A stretch of 64,000 nucleotides of DNA from an uncultured Clostridium sp. (GTDB lineage Bacteria; Bacillota; Clostridia; TANB77; CAG-508). The notes below the pieces were generated by a model. The model was not told where the DNA came from. It was given only the letters and a program-made list of their open reading frames with translations, and made no database searches. Below are positions 1 through 12,100 of the stretch, piece after piece. Within the stretch, counting starts at the first letter, position 1. Every line of letters begins with the position of its first letter. Location: assembly GCA_900554815.1 (NCBI GenBank), contig USIO01000005.1, positions 3,856 to 67,855 on the forward strand, given 5' to 3'. The position numbers and the translations under genes were made by a program.

Positions 1-2337
1 TATACACATTCAAAAGAACCTTTAACTGTTAAAACAGGAAGTAAAGTAACATATACAATTAGAGTATATAATGAAGGCGAACAAGATGGGTATGTAGAAG
101 AAATTACAGATGATATCCCAGAAGGATTAAAATTTTTACCAGATGATCCAACAAATATAGAATATATGTGGAAATTATCAAGTGATGGAACAAAAATTTC
201 AACAAATTATTTATCAAAACAAATGAATGAAGACAATATAATTAAAGGCTTTAATAAAGAAATTATGGGAACACTTGACTATAAAGATGTACAAATAGTA
301 TTTGAAGTAACTGAGCCAAATTCTTCTGACAGAGTTATAACAAATACAGCAGAGATCTCAAAAGATGCAGGTAAGGATGGAAATGATGTTATAGATAGAG
401 ACTCTACACCAGGAAATAATGATGAAAATGAAGATGACCTAGATAAAGAACATATTATATTAGAACCCCCTACTTTAACAAATTTTGACTTAGCTTTAAG
501 AAAATTTATAACAAAGGTAAACAATCAATCTATTTCTCCATCAAGAGAACCAGTAGTTGACATATCTGGATTAATAGATGGAACAAAACAAACAGCAATA
601 TATACACATCCAAAAACTCCAGTAGGAGTTCAAATAGGAGACACTGTTATATATACAATTCGTGTATATAATGAAGGGAATATTGATGGATATGCAGAAG
701 AAATTACAGATTACATTCCAGAAGGATTAGAATTTATTTCACAGGAAGATAGTAGCATCAACAATAAATATCAATGGATTTTATCAGAAGATGGAAAAAA
801 GATAACAACAAATTATTTGTCAGAGGCTAATTCTAATAAAGAATCTACAAACAAGGAAGAAAACTTTTTAATAAAAGCATTTGATAAAACTACAGAAAAT
901 CCAAGTCTAGACTATAGAGATGTGCAGGTTGAAATGAAAGTAATAGCAGCAAATTCTACTGATGGTACATTAAGAAATATAGCAGAAATTAGCGAAGATA
1001 GTAATGAAGATTCTGATTCAACACCAGATAATGTTGATATAGACAATTACACACCACCTACAGACAATTCTGAGTATCAAGAAGATGATGACGATTATGA
1101 AGACCTAATAATGAGATATTTTGATTTAGCTTTAAGAAAGTTTATTACAAAAGTAAATGAAGAAGAGATTAATACAAGATATCCAGAAGTATCATTAAAT
1201 GAAGAAGGGAAAATAGTATATACTCATACAAAAGACCCAATTCTAGTAGCCAATAATGACATTGTTATATATACAATTCGTGTATATAACGAAGGAAAAG
1301 AAGATGGATATGCAAAAGAAATTACGGATGATATTCCTTTAGGATTAAATTATTTACCAGAACATGAAATCAACAAAAAATTTGAGTGGGTTATATCAGA
1401 AGATGGAAAAAAAGTTTCAACAAATTATTTATCAAAAGAATCTTCTGAGAAGAGAGGAGAAGACAATTTAATAAAAGCATTTGATGAAACAAAATATATT
1501 ATAGATGAAGAGGGAAACAGAAATCCAGATTATAGAGATGTACAAATAGCATTTAAGGTAACAGAGAAAAATTTAAATACAGATAGAATTATTATTAACA
1601 CTGCTGAGATTACAGATGATAGTGACTCAAATGGAAACGATATTAAAGACGAAGACTCTATACCAAATAATGGAGTAGAGGACGAAGATGATATTGACAA
1701 AGAATATTTACAAGTAAAATACTTTGATTTATCTTTACTAAAATGGGTAAGCAAGGTATATGTAACAGAAAATGGAAACACAAGCATTACAGAAACAGGA
1801 CATACAGGATTGGAAAAACCAGAGCCAATTGTGAAAGTTGACTTAAATAGGAAAGAAATTGATAAAGTAACAGTAAAATTTGGATATGTTATTAAAATTA
1901 CGAATGAAGGACAAATTGCAGGATATGCAACAGAAATTTCAGACTATATACCAGAAGGATTGGAATTTTTACCGGAAGATAACCCAGATTGGGAAGAAAT
2001 AGAAGGTAAAATTATAACAACAAAACTAGCAGATACATTACTACAACCTGGAGAATCTGCGACAGTTGAAGTTATTCTAACATGGATTAATGATTCTGAA
2101 AATATGGGAGTAAAAACAAATGTTGCAGAAATTAGTAAAGATGATAATGAAAATGATGCAGAAGACATAGACTCTACTCCAAATAACCAAAAAGAAGGGG
2201 AAGATGACATTGATGATGCACCTGTAATGCTAGCAGTAACAACAGGAGGAGAGACTACTTATATTATTCTATCAACAGTTATACTTGTAATGTTTGGAAC
2301 AGGAATATTTATGATTAAAAAATATGTATTAGATTAA
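1..2337 (+). CDS. Cell-surface repeat protein (DUF11-type conserved-repeat modules), 5'-truncated at the window edge, with C-terminal membrane anchor
   Basis: Frame 1 is open from nt 1 (YTHSKEPLTVKTGSKVTYTIRVYNEG..) into listed ORF 166..2337. Four modules repeat TYTIRVYNEG..DGYA.EITDYIPEGL.F and NTAEIS.D...D.DSTP.N..EDD. Module starts: FDLALRKFITKVN at ~484 and ~1123, FDLSLLKWVSKVY at ~1723. Ends in a hydrophobic helix + KKYVLD. Its two CGG trinucleotides (1325, 1973) are out of phase. Confidence 0.8.
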   Translation, partial: YTHSKEPLTVKTGSKVTYTIRVYNEGEQDGYVEEITDDIPEGLKFLPDDPTNIEYMWKLSSDGTKISTNYLSKQMNEDNIIKGFNKEIMGTLDYKDVQIVFEVTEPNSSDRVITNTAEISKDAGKDGNDVIDRDSTPGNNDENEDDLDKEHIILEPPTLTNFDLALRKFITKVNNQSISPSREPVVDISGLIDGTKQTAIYTHPKTPVGVQIGDTVIYTIRVYNEGNIDGYAEEITDYIPEGLEFISQEDSSINNKYQWILSEDGKKITTNYLSEANSNKESTNKEENFLIKAFDKTTENPSLDYRDVQVEMKVIAANSTDGTLRNIAEISEDSNEDSDSTPDNVDIDNYTPPTDNSEYQEDDDDYEDLIMRYFDLALRKFITKVNEEEINTRYPEVSLNEEGKIVYTHTKDPILVANNDIVIYTIRVYNEGKEDGYAKEITDDIPLGLNYLPEHEINKKFEWVISEDGKKVSTNYLSKESSEKRGEDNLIKAFDETKYIIDEEGNRNPDYRDVQIAFKVTEKNLNTDRIIINTAEITDDSDSNGNDIKDEDSIPNNGVEDEDDIDKEYLQVKYFDLSLLKWVSKVYVTENGNTSITETGHTGLEKPEPIVKVDLNRKEIDKVTVKFGYVIKITNEGQIAGYATEISDYIPEGLEFLPEDNPDWEEIEGKIITTKLADTLLQPGESATVEVILTWINDSENMGVKTNVAEISKDDNENDAEDIDSTPNNQKEGEDDIDDAPVMLAVTTGGETTYIILSTVILVMFGTGIFMIKKYVLD

Positions 2338-2351
2338 AAGATACTATAAAA

Positions 2352-2389
2352 AGTGATATAATTACATTAAATTATATCACTTTTGCTTT
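2352..2389 (+). terminator. Intrinsic terminator after the surface-protein gene
   Basis: Perfect 12-bp stem agtgatataatt (2352-2363) / aattatatcact (2370-2381), followed by tttgctttc. Confidence 0.75.
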
Positions 2390-2481
2390 CTATGGGAAAA
2401 ATACTAATAAATTTTAGGGAATTATTTACAATAAAAAATGCTTATGCTATAATTAAAAAAAATAGTTTAGAGGTGTGTGAG

Positions 2482-3405
2482 ATGAATCAAATTTTATATG
2501 AAGATGTCCAGGAAAAATCAAAAAGTATTAGTAATGTTATTCTCTTTTTTGCAATTTCCATTATTATTTTTGGATTTGCGCTAATTACAGGTGGAGCATA
2601 TGGATTTTTTAACCAAACAATTCCTCTTACACCAGAAGAAGCAACTAAACCAACAATTTATGTTAGCACATATGAAGATCAATTTATTCAAATTAGAGTT
2701 TCACATGACAAAGCAATTGATAAAATTTTTTATTCTTGGAATAACGGAGAAGAACTAACAATTGATGGCAAGAATAGAACAAATATTGAAGAAACAATTG
2801 GCTGGCCAGCAGGAGAAAACGAACTAGTAGTTAGAGTGGTTGACATTAATGGAGTAGAACAATTATATAAACAAACATTTTTATTAAGTTATGAAGGGGA
2901 TATAGAAAAACCAACAATTAAATTCTCAGAACCTGTTGATAATAAAATACTTATAACAGCAACTGATGAAACAGAAATATCGTATTTAACATATAGATGG
3001 AATAACGAAGAAGAAAAAATGGTTGAAGAAACAGATGAAAGTAAAACTATTATTAATGTAACAATTCCAATAATTGAAGGAGAAAACAAACTAACTGTAA
3101 TAGCAGTAGATAACAATAACAATTCAACAAAAGAAGAAAGGACATTTAAGGCATATAAAAAGCCAACTATTCAAGTTAGACAATTTGGAAGAGAACTACA
3201 ATTAACTGTAATAGATGAAAATGGTATTGATAATATTCAATATTCTATTAATGGAGTAGAAAATACTTGGCAAGCAACTTCGGGAGAAAAGGAATGGAAA
3301 CAAACCTTGCAATTAGAACCAGGAGAAAATAGAGTTATTATAACAGTAATAAATATTAAAGAAATAAGCAATACATTTAAGGGTAAAGCTCAATATAATC
3401 CATAA
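2482..3405 (+). CDS. Membrane-anchored hypothetical protein with three tandem Ig-like ~90-aa repeats
   Basis: ATG 2482 lies 6 nt after SD agaggtg; the ORF-track TTG 2383 has no SD. One N-terminal TM helix (VILFFAISIIIFGFALITGGAYGFF). Three repeats begin KPTIYVS / KPTIKFS / KPTIQVR, each containing GEN.L/V. Confidence 0.7.
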   Translation: MNQILYEDVQEKSKSISNVILFFAISIIIFGFALITGGAYGFFNQTIPLTPEEATKPTIYVSTYEDQFIQIRVSHDKAIDKIFYSWNNGEELTIDGKNRTNIEETIGWPAGENELVVRVVDINGVEQLYKQTFLLSYEGDIEKPTIKFSEPVDNKILITATDETEISYLTYRWNNEEEKMVEETDESKTIINVTIPIIEGENKLTVIAVDNNNNSTKEERTFKAYKKPTIQVRQFGRELQLTVIDENGIDNIQYSINGVENTWQATSGEKEWKQTLQLEPGENRVIITVINIKEISNTFKGKAQYNP

Positions 3406-3469
3406 CTAAAAGGCAGGGCAGGTAATTTAACCACCTCACTCTGCCTCATTTATTGAAAGGACGAAGCAG

Positions 3470-4264
3470 TTGAACACACAGAGTATTAGTAATTTATTAA
3501 GCTATTTTTTTATTTACTCTTTTTGTGGATGGGCACTTGAAACAATTACAAAAACAGTAGCACAAAAAAAATTTGTAAATAGTGGTTTCCTATTTGGCCC
3601 AATTTGTCCAATTTATGGAATCGCAGCAGTTGTAATGCTAAAACTATTAAACACATTTAAAGGAAACTATTTGCTAACATTTGTTATGTCTTTTATTATA
3701 TTTACTTTATGGGAATATTTCGTAGGATGGCTATTAGAAAAAATATTTCATACAAAATATTGGGATTATTCTTACTACAAACTTAATTTACATGGAAGAA
3801 TATGCCTTATAAATTCACTAACATGGGGATTTTTAGGAATTGCTTTTATTGAAATTATTCATCCTATTGTAGAATATTTACTACAATTAATACCAGTTGC
3901 AATTGTCAATAAATTAGTTATAATTATTAGTATATTAATTATAATTGATTGCATAATAACAATTATTAAAATTAACAATATAAATATTTCTATGAAAAAG
4001 CTAGAAGAAATAAGTAAAATAATTAAAGAAAAAATTGCAGAACTAAAAACGCTATCAAATAGAGCTGGAAAAAAGGCAAAAGAAAACAAAGAAAAATTAA
4101 AGAATATTATAGAAGACCTAAACCAAACACAAGTAGAATTATTTAACAGTATTGAAAAACAAATTAAAAGATTTCAGGAAGCATTTCCAAGTATGACATC
4201 AGATAAAATAAAAAAGTTTTTAAAACAAAAAATAGAAATAAAAAAAAGGTTGAATAAAAAGTAG
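3470..4264 (+). CDS. Polytopic membrane protein, CmpB-like putative ABC-transporter type IV family (PF06541-like), with charged coiled-coil tail
   Basis: TTG start after gaaagga. N-terminus YSFCGWALETI...NSGFLFGPICPIYG is the recalled family signature. Five to six hydrophobic helices, then a K/E-rich C-terminus. Confidence 0.55.
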   Translation: MNTQSISNLLSYFFIYSFCGWALETITKTVAQKKFVNSGFLFGPICPIYGIAAVVMLKLLNTFKGNYLLTFVMSFIIFTLWEYFVGWLLEKIFHTKYWDYSYYKLNLHGRICLINSLTWGFLGIAFIEIIHPIVEYLLQLIPVAIVNKLVIIISILIIIDCIITIIKINNINISMKKLEEISKIIKEKIAELKTLSNRAGKKAKENKEKLKNIIEDLNQTQVELFNSIEKQIKRFQEAFPSMTSDKIKKFLKQKIEIKKRLNKK

Positions 4265-4279
4265 CAAGGAGATAAAAAG

Positions 4280-5203
4280 ATGGAGCATGATATATTTATT
4301 ATTAATGACAATATTGAAAAATCGGAATACATAAAAAATATATTTCGACAAGAAAAGAAATATAAATTTAAAAGTGTAAAAACGGGAAATATAGATTTAG
4401 CTTTAAAAAATATACCAGATGCAATTATAATTGATGAAGACTGCATAAAAACTCCTATTGAAGAAATATGTAGCAAAATAAGAACCAATGAAGACAATTC
4501 TATTACTCCAATTGTTGTTATTTCTTCTAATACAGATATAGAGCATAAGATAGAAATATTAAAAGGAGAAATAGAATATTTTATAGATAGCCCTATTAAT
4601 GAACAATACTTATACTGTGTAATAAAAAATATTATTAGATTAATTAATAGCAATAGAAGAGTAAGCCCATTAACTGGACTGCCAGGGAATGTGCAAATAC
4701 ATGCTGAATTGAAGAAAAGATTATTAAAAGGGGAAGAATTTGCAGTATTATATTTAGATTTAGATAATTTTAAAGCATATAATGATATCTACGGTTTTTT
4801 ACAAGGAGATGAAATTATTAAATTTACTGCAAGAACAATACTAAAGTATGTACATAATGATAATAAAGAAAATAATTTTGTTGGACATATTGGAGGAGAT
4901 GACTTTATTGCAATAGTGGGATTAGATGACTATGAAGAAATTTGCCAAAATATTATTGCTGAATTTGATGTCAAAATACAAGATTATTTTAGTTGTGAGG
5001 ATATAAAAAGAGGATATTTAGAAGTTGCAAATAGAAAAAATATTATGGAACAATTTCCACTTACTTCGATTTCTATAGGAGTTGTAGTAGTAGAAAAGAA
5101 AAGGTTTCATAATATATTAGAAATAGGGGAAGTGGGAGCACAAGTAAAACATATTGCAAAAACGACTATGGGAAGTAGCTATGCAATTGATAGAAGAAAA
5201 TAA
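4280..5203 (+). CDS. Receiver-like domain fused to a GGDEF diguanylate cyclase
   Basis: SD aaggaga upstream. C-terminal half has PLTGLPGN, YLDLDNFKAYND and GHIGGDDFIAIV (GGDEF motif as GGDDF). The N-terminal ~120 aa are CheY-like but degenerate. Confidence 0.8.
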   Translation: MEHDIFIINDNIEKSEYIKNIFRQEKKYKFKSVKTGNIDLALKNIPDAIIIDEDCIKTPIEEICSKIRTNEDNSITPIVVISSNTDIEHKIEILKGEIEYFIDSPINEQYLYCVIKNIIRLINSNRRVSPLTGLPGNVQIHAELKKRLLKGEEFAVLYLDLDNFKAYNDIYGFLQGDEIIKFTARTILKYVHNDNKENNFVGHIGGDDFIAIVGLDDYEEICQNIIAEFDVKIQDYFSCEDIKRGYLEVANRKNIMEQFPLTSISIGVVVVEKKRFHNILEIGEVGAQVKHIAKTTMGSSYAIDRRK

Positions 5204-5210
5204 ACCAAAA

Positions 5211-5246
5211 AAATTGCAAACATAAAAGTTTGCAATTTTTCTTTTT
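5211..5246 (+). terminator. Intrinsic terminator
   Basis: Stem aaattgcaaac (5211-5221) / gtttgcaattt (5228-5238), followed by ttcttttt. Confidence 0.75.
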
Positions 5247-5300
5247 ATAATATCAACATGAAATATAAATCAGAGGCATATAATTATGTGAGGGATTTAT

Positions 5301-6022
5301 ATGATTATTTTAAAGAAAAAAAGATTAATATTAACAGCAAACTTTATTATTATTGCATTATTAGCATGCATATATAGCATATCAGCATATGAAGAAACAC
5401 AACAAACAGTAGCATTACCTGTTTCTAATAAAGTTATTATACTAGATGCTGGGCATGGTTTGCCAGATGAACGGAGCAATATCATCCAATGGAACAACTG
5501 AAGCTTCAATCAATCTAAAAATAGTAAAAAAGGTACAACATCTTTTAGAACAAAGTGGTGCAACAGTTATTTTAACAAGATCAGACGAAAATGGAATTTA
5601 TTCTGTAGAATCTAATACATTACGAGAAAAGAAAGTCTCAGATATGAAAAAAAGAGTAGAAATTGGAAACACTTCACGGAGCGGATATGTTTGTGTCTAT
5701 TCATTTAAATAAGATTCCTCAAAGCCAGTATTGGGGATGGCAAACCTTTTTCAAACAAAATAATGAAGAATCTATTAGACTAGCTAAAAATATTCAAAAT
5801 GGATTAAATGAAACTATTCAAAAAGAAAATAAGAGAGAAAGCCTAAAAATAGAAAATAAATATTTAGTAGAACATGTAGACATACCTATTACAATAGTTG
5901 AATGTGGATTTTTATCAAACAATGAAGAAGAAAATTTGCTACAAACAGATAAATACCAAAGTAAATTAGCATGGGGAATCTATACAGGAATTATGAACTA
6001 TTGCTATGGAGTTGAAACTTAA
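5301..6022 (+). CDS. cwlD: N-acetylmuramoyl-L-alanine amidase, CwlD-like (germination-specific); needs two +1 shifts at CGG
   Basis: ORFs 5301..5501, 5446..5712 and 5663..6022 fuse into a 239-aa Amidase_3 protein if one nt is skipped at in-frame CGG 5472-5474 (DAGHGLPDE|G|AISS, matching GHG-xx-D-x-GA) and at CGG 5677-5679 (GNTS|G|ADMFVSIHLN). N-terminal TM helix. Confidence 0.85.
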
Positions 6023-6115
6023 AGTGTAAAAACATATTTTAAATTGCTTTTTTGCATAATTTTTTAAAACAAGTAAAAAATATCTTTAATTACATAAAGT
6101 AAGGAGAGATATTTT

Positions 6116-9100
6116 TTGAATGCAAAAAATAAAGAATTAATTATAAAAGGAGCATTATTAGATAAACAAAATCTATGCAATTTTTTGGAAAAACTAGCTT
6201 CCAGCCAAGTTCCACAAAACTTTTCTAAAAAGAATACATTCCCAATTACTAGATTAAAAGCAAATTTTGAATTTATTTTAGAAACTTATATTTTACTTCA
6301 AGAACATATTAAACTAAATATTCCAATACACCCAGCAGGAGAATGGCTGTTAGATAATTTTTATGTAATTGAAGAAGTAAGCAAAATGATAGAAAAAGAA
6401 CTTACTTTAAAAAAATATGTTAATTTAGTAGGAATTGCAAATGGAACGTGGAAGGGATTTGCTAGAAGCTATGTATTAGCGAGTCAAATTCTTGCTTATA
6501 CAGAAGGAAAAATATATGAACATGATTTAAAAGATTATCTAATAGCCTACCAAAATAAAAAAGAACTAACAATGGAAGAAATTTGGACATTCCCAATTTT
6601 CTTACAAGTTGCTATTTTACAAAATATTAAAGAAATTTGTGAAAACATTTATGCAAGCCAAATCCAAAAATATAAGGTGGAAAGCATAATAGAAAGATTA
6701 GTAGAAAAAAAAGATGACCTTAATTTTAAACAAAAAGTAGTAGTAACAGAACAAATAAAAGACCATATGAAATATCCATTTATTGAATACATGTCTTATA
6801 AATTAAAAAGATATGGAAAAAAGGCAAGCGGATATTTGGATGCTCTAGAAGAACAAGTAAATAAAATGGGAGCAACAATATCTGAAATTATTAAAAAAGA
6901 ACATTTTGATATTGCTGTTAATAAAGTTACAATTGGCAACCTAATTACTAGCTTAAAAGAAATTAATAGAATAGACTTTTTAGAAATTTTTGAAACTATT
7001 AATGGAACAAACGAAATACTAAAAAAAGATCCAGCAAATGTTTATGAAAAAATGGATTATAAAACAAAAAACTATTATAGAGAACAAATAGAAAAAGTAT
7101 CTAAAAAAACAAAAATTTCGGAGATATATATTGCTAAAACAATTCTTAGCATGGCACAAAAACAGCAGGAAGAATTAGAAAAAAATAAAGATAATTTGAG
7201 CAAAACACAATACTTAAAAAATAAGAAAAAAACGCATGTAGGGTATTTCCTATTAGAGGACAAAAATTCTTTATATAAAAACTTAGGTACAAACTTAAAG
7301 GAATTAAGTAAAAAACAAAAAGCCAATTTATATATACAATCTAATTTAGGCATTTCTTTATTTTTAACAATTTTATTTAGTATATTAATGTATTATAAAA
7401 CTTTGAATATAAGTGTTGCAATTATTGTAGGATTATTTAGCTTTATTCCAACTACACAAATTGCTATGAAATTAATAGACTATATTTTGCTAAAAATAAC
7501 AAAGCCAACTTTAATTCCTAAAATGGATTATCATAATGGCATTAACATAGAAGCTCCAACCTTTGTAGTTATACCAACAATTATTACAAATACCAAAAAA
7601 GTAGAAGAACTAGCACATAAACTAGAAATTTACTATTTAGCAAATAAAAGCAATAATCTATATTTTGCCATACTAGGAGATGTAACTTGCCGGAAAAAAT
7701 GAAGAAGAAAAGGAAGATAAAGAAATTATACAGTATGGAGAACAACAAATAAAAGAGCTAAATAAAAAATATCCTTATCAAAGTTTTCCAAGATTTCATT
7801 TTCTTTATAGAAAAAGAAAATGGAATCCAAGTGAGAAGGCATTTTTAGGGTGGGAAAGAAAAAGAGGTTTATTAACGCAATTTAATCAATTTTTATTAGA
7901 CCCTAAAACAAATGATTTTAGAGCCAATACTCTAACAGAAAATTTAAATAAGTTACCACATATAAAATACATTATTACACTTGATGCTGATACAAATTTA
8001 ATATTAAATTCTGGCTTAGAATTAATAGGTGCAATGGAACATATTTTGAACAAACCAGTCGTAGAAAATGGGATAGTTACCGAAGGCCATGGCATAATAC
8101 AACCGCGTATAGGAGTAGATTTGCAAAATAGCTTTAAAAGTGAATTTTGCAGAATATTTGCTGGTACAAGTGGAACAGACTTGTACACTAACTCGATTTC
8201 AGACGTGTATGAAGACAACTTTGGAGAAGGAATTTTTACAGGAAAAGGAATATATAGTTTAGATGTTTTTAATGAAGTATTAAAAAACCAAATCCCAGAA
8301 AACACAGTTCTAAGCCACGATTTATTGGAAGGAAACTACTTAAGATGCGGTTTAGCAAGCGACATTTTATTATTAGATGGCTATCCTTCTAAATACAATA
8401 GCTTTATTACAAGGCTAAGTAGATGGACCAGAGGAGATTGGCAAATTATTAGATGGCTAAAAAAAGAAATTCCAAGAGTAAATCAAAAAGGAAACCAAAT
8501 GAATCCTATTAATTTACTTTCAAAATTTAAAATAGCAGATAATTTAAGGAGAAGCCTATTACCAATTAGTATTATTACATTATTTGCTGTATCAATTTTG
8601 CTAAAAATAATTTTTAAAATACCAGTTTGGGATTTAATAATTATTGCATTAACAGCAGAATTAATTCATACAATAATTTCACTAATGGATTATATTATAT
8701 TTAGAAAGGAACTAGAAGAAGGCTATATTAATGCTAATAAAAGCTTTGTGCCATTTGCAAATGGCATACTTTCAACAATTTATAGAGGAATACTTGAACT
8801 AGCATTTTTACCACATAGAGCATATGTATCACTAACATCTATTATAAAAACAATTTACCGAATAACAATTTCAAAACAAAATTTATTAGAATGGACAACT
8901 GCAGAAGAAGCCGAAAAGTTAGCTAAAACAGACATAATATCTTACTATAAGCAAATGATAGCTAATGTTGTAATTGGCATTATTTTTATTACATTACCAA
9001 TTTTATATAATTTACCTATAAGCTTAGGAATATGCCTATATTTACTAGGCCTAATATGGATAGTAGCTCCAGCTATTGCTTATAAAATTAGTATTCAAAA

Positions 9101-12100
9101 ATCAAAAATTTACAAAATTAATTTATTGTCAGAAGAAGAAAAGGAGCATTTACTAGAAATTGCAGGAAAAACTTGGAACTTTTTTGCAGAAAATATGAAT
9201 GAAACAAATAATTATTTGCCGCCAGATAATTATCAATCAGATAGGAAAGAAAAGATTGCACATAGAACTTCTCCAACTAATATAGGACTTGGAATATTAG
9301 CAACTATTTCTAGTATTGACTTAAAACTAATTAATTTAGAAGAAGGAACTAGCCTACTGCAAAAAGTAATTAATACCATTGAATATTTACCAAAATGGAA
9401 TGGCCATTTATATAATTGGTATGATACACGTACGTTAGATGTGATGATGCCAAAATATGTTTCAACTGTAGATAGTGGAAATTTCGTTGGATATTTATTT
9501 GTACTAAAACAATTTTTAATTGAGGTTTTAGAACAAGGAACTTGGAATGTAGAAAACAACAAAAGTAAAAAAGTAATTATAGATTTATTAGATAAAATAA
9601 ACCAAATAATTTGTAAAACAGATTTTTCTAAATTATATGATGACAAAAAAAGATTATTTTCTATTGGTTTTAATGTAGAAGAAAATAAACTAACAGATTC
9701 TTATTATGATTTACTAGCTTCAGAAGCAAGACAAACAAGTTTAGTTGCAATTGCAAAAAAAGATATATTACCAAAACATTGGACAAGTTTAAGTAGAACT
9801 TTAACAAGTTTTAATAAGTATAAAGGCTTGGTTTCGTGGTCTGGAACAGCATTTGAATATTTAATGTCTAATATTAATGTAAAAAAATATGATGGTAGCC
9901 TTTTAGATGAATCATGTAAATTTATGATAATGTGCCAACAAGAGTATTGCCAAAAACTACGGAATACCATGGGGAATTTCAGAATCGGCTTTTAACTTAA
10001 AGGATTTAAATAATAATTACCAGTATAAAGCATTTGGCATTCCATGGTTAGGCCTAAAAAGAGGATTAGCAGAAGAAATGGTTGTTTCTAGTTATGGAAG
10101 TATGCTCGCATTACCAGATTATCCCAAAGAGGTATTAAAAAATTTACAAATTTTAGAACAAAACAAAGTACTGGGGGAATATGGGTTATATGAATCTATT
10201 GATTATACACCATCTAGACAAAAAAATGGAGAAAAGTTTAGTGTTGTAAAAACTTATATGGCACATCATCAAGGACTAATATTGGCATCAATCAATAATT
10301 TATTTAAAGATAATATATTACAAAAAAGATTTATGAAAAATCCAGAAATAGAATCAGTAGATATTTTATTACAAGAAAGAATGCCAGCAAATGCAATTTT
10401 AACAAAGAAGAAGAAAGAAAAGGTAGAAAAAATTAAACAAAACAAACAAAATTCTTATGGAGGACGAACATATACTAAAATAGAAGAGAATAAAATAAAT
10501 ACTAATGTAATATCAAATGATAAATATACAATTTGCATGGACCAGAATGGGAAAGGATTTAGTAAATATAAAAATATTTTAATTAATAGATTTAAATCTA
10601 CAGCAGATTATGAACAGGGTATATTTTTTTATATTAAAAATATTAAATCAAAAAGAATATGGTCATTAGCAAGGCTAAAATTTTTGAATAAACCAGATAA
10701 ATACAAAGTAACTTTTATGCCAGATTCTAACCAGATTGATAGAACGGATGGAAACATACAGTCAAAAATGAAGGTAACAGTTGCTCCTAATGAACCAGTA
10801 GAAATTAGAAGCATTCAACTTAACAATATAGGAAATCAAGAAGAAGTGCTAGAAGTGTCAGCATATTTAGAACCTGTATTATCAACTATGACCCAAGATT
10901 ATGCACATCCTGTATTTAATAACTTGTTTTTAAATTTTGAATATATACCAGACTTAAACACAATTTTAGTAAAACGAAATAAACGTGGCATTCAGGAAAA
11001 AGATATGTACCTAGCAATTAATTTAAACTCAAGAGAATATTTAGTTGGTGACATTGAATATGAAATTGATAAATCAAAATTAAATGGAAGGTGCAATATT
11101 AATATACCTAATATGATTGCTAATTCAAAACCATTTTCAAATCAAATTGGTTCTAATACAGAACCCACAATTGCAATTAGAGCTAGTGTAAAAATAGCAC
11201 CAAAAGAAAAGACTAGTTTTAACTTAATTTTAGCTGTATCTGAAAATAAAGAAGAAGTAATTCAACTAATTGAAAAATATAAAAGCGAAGAGGGAATAAA
11301 ACAAGTATTTGAATTATCTAGAGCTAGACTAGAAGCAGAAAATAGATATTTAGAAATTAGTATGGAAAATGAAGAAGTCTATCAAAAACTACTGGGATAT
11401 TTACTATTTCAAAATTATCTAAAATCCTTATATATAAAGAAACTACCAAAAGAATTATATACTCAGGATTCATTATGGAAATTTCGGAATATCTGGAGAT
11501 GACCCAATTATTTTAGTTAAAATTAAAGATGTAAATGATTGTGACATGATTACAGAATTATTAAAAGCAAAAGAATTTTTTAATATGAAAAATATAGCAG
11601 TAGATATTGTTATTTTAAACGAAGAAAAAAATGTTTATGAACAATATGTAAAAGAAAAAATAGAATCAGAAATATACAATAAACATATGGAATATCTTAT
11701 AAACAAACATAATGGCATTTTTATACTAAAATCAAATGAAATGGAAAAAAGTGATATTAGAACATTAGTATTTAGAGCAAACGTTATGCTAGATGCAAGC
11801 AAAGGTCGCATCCGGAAATCAACTAGAAGAGGAAGAAGAAGAGTATGAACAGAAAAATAAAAAGATAGGGTTAGAAACACCTAATATTATTATAGCAAAA
11901 GATGAACAATATAACCCAATTAACTTAAAAATAGAAAATTTGAATTACTATAATGAGTATGGAGGATTTCAAAAAAATACGAATGAGTATATTTTAAAAG
12001 CAGGTAGAAGAGATAAGCTACCTACAGTATGGAGTCATATATTGGCTAACGAAAATTTTGGAACTGTTGTTACAGAAAATATGGGAGGGTTTACATGGTG

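Noticed and set aside
2200-2337. LAVTTGG near the C-terminus of the DUF11 protein as a variant sortase motif
   Set aside because: The spacing does not fit LPxTG or LAxTG. A simple C-terminal TM anchor explains the sequence.
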